Assembly (NCBI GenBank): GCA_964035545.1
Contig: OZ037767.1
Span: 32,194,628 to 32,258,627 of the forward strand
DNA: 64,000 nt
Reading direction: 5' to 3'
DNA from: Bugula neritina
Lineage: Eukaryota > Animalia > Bryozoa
A program made the position numbers and the translations under genes. Under the pieces are notes generated by a model. That model had not been told where the DNA came from. It searched no databases and worked only from the letters and a program-made list of their open reading frames with translations. This document shows positions 56,092 to 64,000 of this stretch, one piece after another. The stretch's first letter is position 1. Each line of letters starts with the position of its first letter.

Positions 56092-59000
56092 TCCTAAGAT
56101 GAGGTTTCTATATCATCATCATCAAGTGGTTATTTACTTACAGCATCAAGTAGAAATTATTATGAACCATAATTTCTAATAGACATAAAACATTTATTTA
56201 TATAAAAATAATTACTTTGTTCATTAAAAATTTTACTGGCAATAAATAAAATTATTACAAGTAAAACACTAAACTATTCCTTCAATAATTTTAAAGCCTT
56301 TTCTTTTATTCAGTTATAATAATCATGATCATAACAATGTTTAATTGCATTTATCAAAATCACAATATAGTGCAATTGCTCCGCATTAATATATTTTCTT
56401 ATAAACTAGTAAGTTATAACTATAACTTACTATAAGCAAAAGTATTATCATCCTCATCTTGATAGTGATTATCAAAATGATATTCATAGTCATAAGGATA
56501 ATTATCAACTCAAATTTAAAGCACACTGATAACATTAGGCATTCTCAAAAATTTAAATTTGATATCATATATATAATTATATGATATTGATAACCACTTT
56601 TAACTTTATTATATTTATTAATATTATGATATTGATTCAAATTGTAATAGTCGTAACGGTACTGATGTTACTGTTAGTGTTAATATAAAATTAATTAATA
56701 AATATCAATGATAGTGATAACCATTGCTATTGTGATAGTAAAACTAAACAGTAAACACTAAATGTAAAACTAATTGTAATACTAATACTAATAAGTAATA
56801 GTAATACTAATTTATTTGTCATGCCAATGACTATGAGCATCTATTGTTGATAATCATTCAGTTTTATTTTGATAATGGTTATCTTTATATAGCTTTGGTA
56901 TTGATAATGAATATGATTACTGATACTGATGCCATTTTCACTTTTAGTTTCAATTGTAAATTGAAATTCAATTGAATTTGAAAATTTTTCACTTCGAGTT
57001 CGTGGTACCTGTACTACTATTAGTATTAGTATTAGTAGTACTACTACTACTAGTTAGTAGTTACTACAGTTCTCATCATTTCAGATTAAATTAAAAGCAT
57101 GGCCAAGCTACTTCGTATAATTTTATCTATTGAGGTTAATAAGAATGAAGCAATAAAATTGACTCGACAGCATTGATTTGATTACAAACTGCCAACTTCA
57201 ATTTTCTACAAAAAAATTAAAAGTTATAATCGGTAAAATTGCCACTCCAAACGTGTAAGTGCGTGCCATCTCATATGTATACAGAAAATTGAGAGTACAG
57301 AAAGAGATCATTGTGGGTTTTTGCGCTTGGCATTAGCTTGGCCTTTAATTTTGTTGGTCAGAAATATTTAACCCACGTGCATTGCAAAGCGCTTGATTGG
57401 TGCATATCTGAACCATAGGTGCACACGTGCAATGCTAGGTTGGTAACGGTTCCATGATTCCATCAATTTTCTGCAACGGTAACAGGAAGTTGGATGGAGA
57501 ACGGAATCAAGAACTCTCAGTCACACTCACACTCAGTGACTTTATCAGTTACCTGGAACTCAATAATCATTATGAATAATGATAATTATTTTAACTTATA
57601 TTATTATCATAATCATATAGATTATTTACTGATAATGATATAGTTCTATTTAGTATTTTGAGTTTAATCTCATCATGTTTTTAAAATGAGGATTTAATTT
57701 TAATTTTTTTCCGTTCATCACATTCAGTGATTCACTGTGAGTGTGACTCAGAGTGACAGTCGGTGACAGTGACTGAATGAGTGACTGAAAGTAACCGTAT
57801 CGGTAATGGGCATCACCTTTAACTTAGACTTAGAGTTAGTCTACATATTTGTATTGCCCGCAGTTTTACTTTTACTTTTAAGTTTTAGTTTTAGTGAGTT
57901 GGTTAATCTTATTTTAGAATTTATTCATAATGAAAGTAAAAGATGCTATAATAATTTTGTATCATTTTGATTATACCTAAAGTTATAGCATGGATGATGA
58001 TATTAACATTGTGATTGTCTGTAATATTTTAATTTTATAGCTATTATAATTGTCTTCTGAATTAGATGGAGGTGATAATCATTATAATGATTATAAATTT
58101 TTGTCAATATTAGCCTTAACTTTAAAAATAAACATCACCTATATTCATGGATATTTGATACTGATAGTGATACTCATAGTGATGATTCTACTCTAATGAT
58201 GTGGAAACTGAAATTTAAGAAGAATACATTCATTTTTTAGTTTAGATTTTTATTTTAGTGATTAACTTTTAGTCAGTTACTCAGCAAGAAACTGGATTAA
58301 ATTTCAATTTAAAGTTATTAATAATTAATAGTTTTGTTAGCATAAAACTACTGATAATATTATGATAACTATAAGTAGTTAGTACTCACACTCATGGTCA
58401 TTGATATTAATATTAGTACATATTGATTGTCATAGTTAATTTTATAGTGATGGTAATACTTACACACACTCCTCCTTAGTCCTCAATCAGTTGTAATTGT
58501 TGAATGTGATGGTAAAAATGAGAAAGATTTAAGTTTTAAAGTCATCATCATATTTGTCATATATGTAGCAACGATTTTGATATAATCATACTTGATGATA
58601 ATCATAACCATTGACACTTTCATTGGTAGTTATTATAATTGTTTCAATTTTTGCCATTTTAATTGTGTAAAAAAATGTTTTCAAATTCTCAAATTGTTTC
58701 TGATTTTAATAATTATCATTAACCTTTACTTTTATTTAGTTTTGAACGCTTAACCTTTTCAAAGACTTGCATATCATATATTATATGTTTATAACCAATA
58801 AACTGCATGCCGCGAAAAACAAAGTCGTAAAAGAATGTTCATTTTATGGAATTTGTTTGAGATAAATGATAGATTACCGCATTTCAGTGGGGGGGGGGGG
58901 TGGGTGTGAGTAGGCTAGCTGTACAGATGGCTGTCAATACCAACAAAGTGTGCTAAGAATAAGTCATTTGACCCAACTTGAATACATTTGAATGTCTCTT

Positions 59001-59589
59001 TTATTCAAGTATCAACAGGCACTGTTTACATTAACTGCATTGTAGAGCATAATGTTATTTTTCCAAACAGCTTCCTTCTGGCCAATGGCAGGCTATTAGT
59101 TTGCTTTACACACATTTGCTGCCACTTTCCATGAGTTTCAGTCAACCGTGAGTCAAGCTATTCAACTTTCGTCAGCAGTACGAAGGCATGTTGAGAGTAA
59201 TGTGCCTTCGAACTCTCTCAGCACTAAGCTATAGTAATATTCCCCCAGGGTTGTCCTCCCCTGTTAAACTCTAATGATTACTGTTTTATTGCATCAGTGC
59301 CATGCAAGCTTTCAGAGGAAAATAGTTTTATGTATATACTGGTATCACTCTCTCTGTACTGCTCAACTCTGTTTCCTGAAACATCAGGGTAACATGTTGA
59401 AACATGTTGCAACAGAATATTATGTTGTTTCATGTTCATGATTAAGACTCTCATGGTTAGGGCTAGTTGCTGCATTCCTAACCAATCATATATGATGATA
59501 TATTGTAATCACTCCCACAGCACTACCTTACTGCATTAATATGTATAGCTGAAGGTGACATTCTCTGTCAATTGTAGCAGGTGCTAGAC

Positions 59590-62500
59590 ATGCAGTTAAC
59601 TAGCAGGTGGCTGTTGTTAGTGTGTGTCACAATATTACGTCACGAAATCTCTACTGCTGAGGATGTAAATTACTTAATCCAGTCATCAACTATCATTAAA
59701 GACTCCGGTAGCGCACTCTACGTACTCTGTATTACTCTACATACTCTGTATTACTCTACATACTCTACATACTCTGTATTACTCTACATACTCTGTATTA
59801 CTCTACATACTCTACGTACTCTGTATTACTCTACATACTCTACATACTCTGTATTACTCTACATACTCTGTATTACTCTACATACTCTGTATTACTCTAC
59901 GTACTCTGTATTACTCTACGTACTCTGTATTACTCTGTATTACTCTACATACTCTGTATTACTCTACATACTCTGTATTACTCTACATACTCTGTATTAC
60001 TCTACATACTCTGTATTATACTCTGTATTACTCTACGTACTCTGTATTGCTCTACATACTCTGTATTACTCTACATACTCTGTATTATACTCTGTATTAC
60101 TCTACATACTCTGTATTGCTCTACATACTCTGTATTACTCTACATACTCTGTATTACTCTACATACTCTGTATTACTCTACATACTCTGTATTACTCTAC
60201 ATACTCTGTATTACTCTACATACTCTGTATTACTCTACATACTCTGTATTACTCTACATACTCTGTATAACTCTACATACTCTGTATTACTCTACATACT
60301 CTGTATTACTCTACATACTCTGTATTACTCTACATACTCAGTATTACTCTACGTACTCTGTATTACTCTACGTACTCTGTATTACTCTACATACTCTGTA
60401 TTACTCTACGTACTCTGTATTATACTCTGTATTACTCTACGTACTCTGTATTACTCTACATACTCTGTATTACTCTACATACTCTGTATTACTCTACGTA
60501 CTCTGTATTACTCTACATACTCTGTATTACTCTACGTACTCTGTATTACTCTACGTACTCTGTATTATACTCTGTATTACTCTACATACTCTGTATTACT
60601 CTACTTACTCTGTATTACTCTATATACTCTGTATTACTCTACATACTCTACATACTCTGTATTGCTCTACATACTCTGTATTACTCTACATACTCTGTAT
60701 TACTCTACATACTCTGTATTACTCTACATACTCTGTATTACTCTACGTACTCTGTATTACTCTACATACTCTGTATTACTCTACATACTCTGTATTACTC
60801 TACATACTCTGTATTACTCTATATACTCTGTATTACTCTACATACTCTGTATTACTCTACATACTCTGTATTACTCTACGTACTCTGTATAACTCTACAT
60901 ACTCTGTATTATACTCTGTATTATACTCTGTATTACTCTACATACTCTGTATTACTCTACATACTCTGTATTACTCTACATACTCTGTATTACTCTATAT
61001 ACTCTGTATTACTCTACATACTCTGTATTACTCTACATACTCTGTATTACTCTACTTGCAGCCGGGAACGATGTTGGTCCACAGTTTGCATTGTCTCACA
61101 CAGTGTTGAAGACAGATGAGGAGTTGTCTTATATATGCAGGGAAAACTCGGTAAACTCAACTAGTGGTGCTAATGGTTTGGTTCTGATTAACTCAACCGG
61201 GCACATTGTTCCAGTTGGTGAGTTATCTACCCCTACTCATTTTCGCATGTGTGTCTGTACACTAACAATACCGACTCTGTCAGCTCACAGTATATCAAGT
61301 TAAACCACTCATTATACATATCATCAGCAGTAACTCTGGAATTCAATGTCAACAAATGCCATTGAGAAAGAGTGATGCAATAAATAATGTGTTGCCATGG
61401 TGATAATGTGGACAGTATATTCTTCTGTCATCTGTTGCAATGACAAATTTATTCATCAATTTGAATTGTTGCATTAGACTATGCAGATAAACATGTTGGT
61501 TTAAGTATGCAGGTATTATGGCATTATCAAAGAAGTGCACTATCTGAATATTATGACTCACGTTTACTTTTTGTACTATTTTTGTAGATAAATTGGAGTA
61601 TGTAGAAGGTGAGTAGAATATGTGGGAGGAGAGTGGAGTATGTGGGAGGAGAGTAGAGTATGTGGGAGGAGAGTAGAGTATGTGGGAGGAGATTAGGGTA
61701 TGTGGGAGGAGAGTAGAGTATGTGGGAGGAGATTAGGGTATGTGGGAGGAGAGTAGAGTATGTGGGAGGAGAGTAGAGTATGTGGGAGGAGATTAGGGTA
61801 TGTGGGAGGAGAGTAGAGTATGTGGGAGGAGAGTAGAGTATGTGGGAGGGGAGTAGAGTATGTGGGAGGAGAGTAGAGTATGTGGGAGGAGATAAGAGCT
61901 AGCTAATGATATTATTGTAGGCAATGTAAGCAGAGAGGCGTGTGATGATCCACTGACAGGATGTACTGTAACTAAGGGCACCATCAAATGGAGGCGGGAA
62001 ATGGGAGGGAACTACGCCTGCTCTGCCCACCCAGATGAATTCTACACCATACACTGGATAGACCCAGGTAAGATTGTCTGTCATTTTCTCTCTTAATTGT
62101 AAGGTATTTGGGTGTACAGGTTATGCTGGTTAAAAGTTTACATGGACACAATATAGATGAAATATGTTCTTCATTGAGTACTCGATAAGTAGATCACTCA
62201 AACTGTGTCACTCAAACTGTGTCACGCAGAGAGTGTCACTCAAAGGGTGTCACTCAAAGGGTGTCACTCAAAGGGTGTCACTCAAAGGGTGTCACTCAAA
62301 GGGTGTCACTCAAAGGGTGTCACTCTGTAACCTTCTCTGAGTTTCCTGTCAACTCTTTGCTCATGTCATGTGATTTACAGTTGCCTTAGTTCCACAAAGT
62401 ACAGACTTTAGCCGAGACGTTTATGGAAGCAACCTTAGATTCTACTGTTCAGTGGATATGACTCCAACTGACATCAGCTACTCTAAGATTATGAGTGTCG

Positions 62501-62858
62501 TCTGGTAATGTCATGCTTACCTGTATAGTACAGTGTGTATGTATGTGACAGTGTGTGTGTGTGACAGTGTATGTGACAGTGTGTATGTTACAGTGTATGT
62601 ATGTGACAGTGTGTGTGTGTGTGTGACAGTGTGTATGTGACAGTGTGTGTGACAGTGTGTATGTGACAGTGTGTGTGACTGTGTGTGTATGTGACAGTGT
62701 ATATGTGTGACAGTGTGTATGTTACAATATATATGTGTGACAGTGTGTATGTGACAGTGTGTGTGTGTGTGTGTGCGTGACAGCGACTGTGTGCGTGACA
62801 GCGATTGTGTGCGTGACAGCGACTGTGTGCGTGACAGCGACTGTGTGCGTGACAGCGG

Positions 62859-62942
<84 letters not shown>

Positions 62943-63300
62943 GCGTGCGCGTGCGCGTGCGCGTGCGCGTGCGCGTGCGCGTGCGCGTGCGCGTGCGCGT
63001 GCGCGTGCGCGTGCGCGTGCGCGTGCGCGTGTGTGTGTGACAATATATATACATGTGACAATATATATATGTGTGACAGTATATGTGACAGGCATTGGAA
63101 TAGTGCCAAGACTCAAGGAAACTGGGCAATTCTACAGAATAATATCAACGGAGTAAAATATCAGACTGACTCTTTTGGTGCCAACTCAACTCTGGTCATA
63201 TCTAACTACAACCCAATACAACACGGTGGTGAATACAGATGTACTGTTAATATACTCAGATATGCTGATCCACTCGAAAGTACATCTTTCAGCATTCAAA
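59590..63300 (+). CDS. Secreted or cell-surface immunoglobulin-domain protein, 3' partial
   Basis: Signal peptide MQLTSRWLLLVCVTIL. Exons 59590-59707, 61062-61217, 61588-61608, 61921-62067 (GGNYAC), 62381-62504 (LRFYC..VVW), 63092-63300 (STLVISNY..GGEYRCTV). Continues past the window. Confidence 0.75.
59713..61055. repeat. 19-20-nt minisatellite
   Basis: TACTCTGTATTACTCTACA tandem copies. Confidence 0.97.
61595..61892. repeat. 20-nt purine-rich minisatellite
   Basis: GAGTAGAGTATGTGGGAGGA; resembles the micro-exon donor GAGTATGTAGAAG|GTGAGTAGA. Confidence 0.93.
62530..63090. repeat. GTGACA/(TG)n/(GCGCGT)n compound repeat
   Basis: Includes about 180 nt of alternating purine-pyrimidine sequence at 62860-63039. 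Confidence 0.95.
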
Positions 63301-63321
63301 GTTAGTAACAGTACTCACTAT

Positions 63322-64000
63322 TTATTATATATTACTACTATATGCAATATATTACTACTATATGCTATATATTACTACTATATGCTATATATTACTACTA
63401 TATACTATATATTACTACTATATACTATATATTACTACTATACGCTATATATTACTACTATGCGCTATATATTACTACTATATGCTATATATTACTACTA
63501 TATGCTATATATTACTACTATATACTATATATTACTACTATATACTATATATTACTACTATACGCTATATATTACTACTATGTGCTATATATTACTACTA
63601 TGTGCTATATATTACTACTATATGCTATATATTACTACTATACACTTTATATTACTACTATACGCTATATATTACTACTATGTGCTATATATTACTATTA
63701 TACACTATATATTACTACTATATACTATATACTACTACTATGTGCTATATATTACTACTATACGCTATATATTACTACTATACACTATATATTACTACTA
63801 TACACTATATATTACTACTATATGCAATATATTACTACTATATGCTATATATTACTACTATATGCTATATGTTGCTACTATACACTATATATTACTACTA
63901 TACATTATATGTTACTACTATGTGCTGTATATTACTACTATATACTACTACTATATGCTATATGTTACTACTATATGCTATATATTACTACTTTATACTA
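63322..64000. repeat. 20-nt minisatellite
   Basis: ATTACTACTATATGCTATAT tandem copies to the window end. Confidence 0.95.

Overview
AT-rich, intron-dense eukaryotic (invertebrate metazoan-like) DNA; species not identifiable from the sequence alone. Spliced genes reconstructed by hand: androglobin (ADGB, +, 1324-31671, about 35 core exons plus candidate cassette exons); a THAP gene that looks like a truncated P-element transposase (-); a GT31 beta-1,3-galactosyltransferase (-); a BESS-like-motif gene fragment (+) with a Harbinger-type MITE in its intron; an orphan ORF pair (+); ALG3 (-, 9 exons); and a signal-peptide/Ig-domain gene (+) running off the right edge. Most long ORFs in the supplied track are translations of intronic minisatellites. 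Two systems stand out. (1) At 40.7-42.7 kb, a 309-nt, highly base-paired non-coding unit is bounded by two direct-repeat hammerhead ribozymes (retrozyme-like, potentially circRNA-forming). It lies between (TA)n tracts, tail-to-tail with a 5'-truncated Penelope-like retroelement that carries its own, different, minimal hammerhead. (2) Many introns are filled by their own minisatellite whose unit is a copy of the adjacent exon/intron junction, giving arrays of up to about 37 decoy splice sites, several of them stacks of GT...AG mini-introns. Exon coordinates are manual GT-AG and frame inferences without RNA evidence; homologue comparisons are from memory, not database searches.
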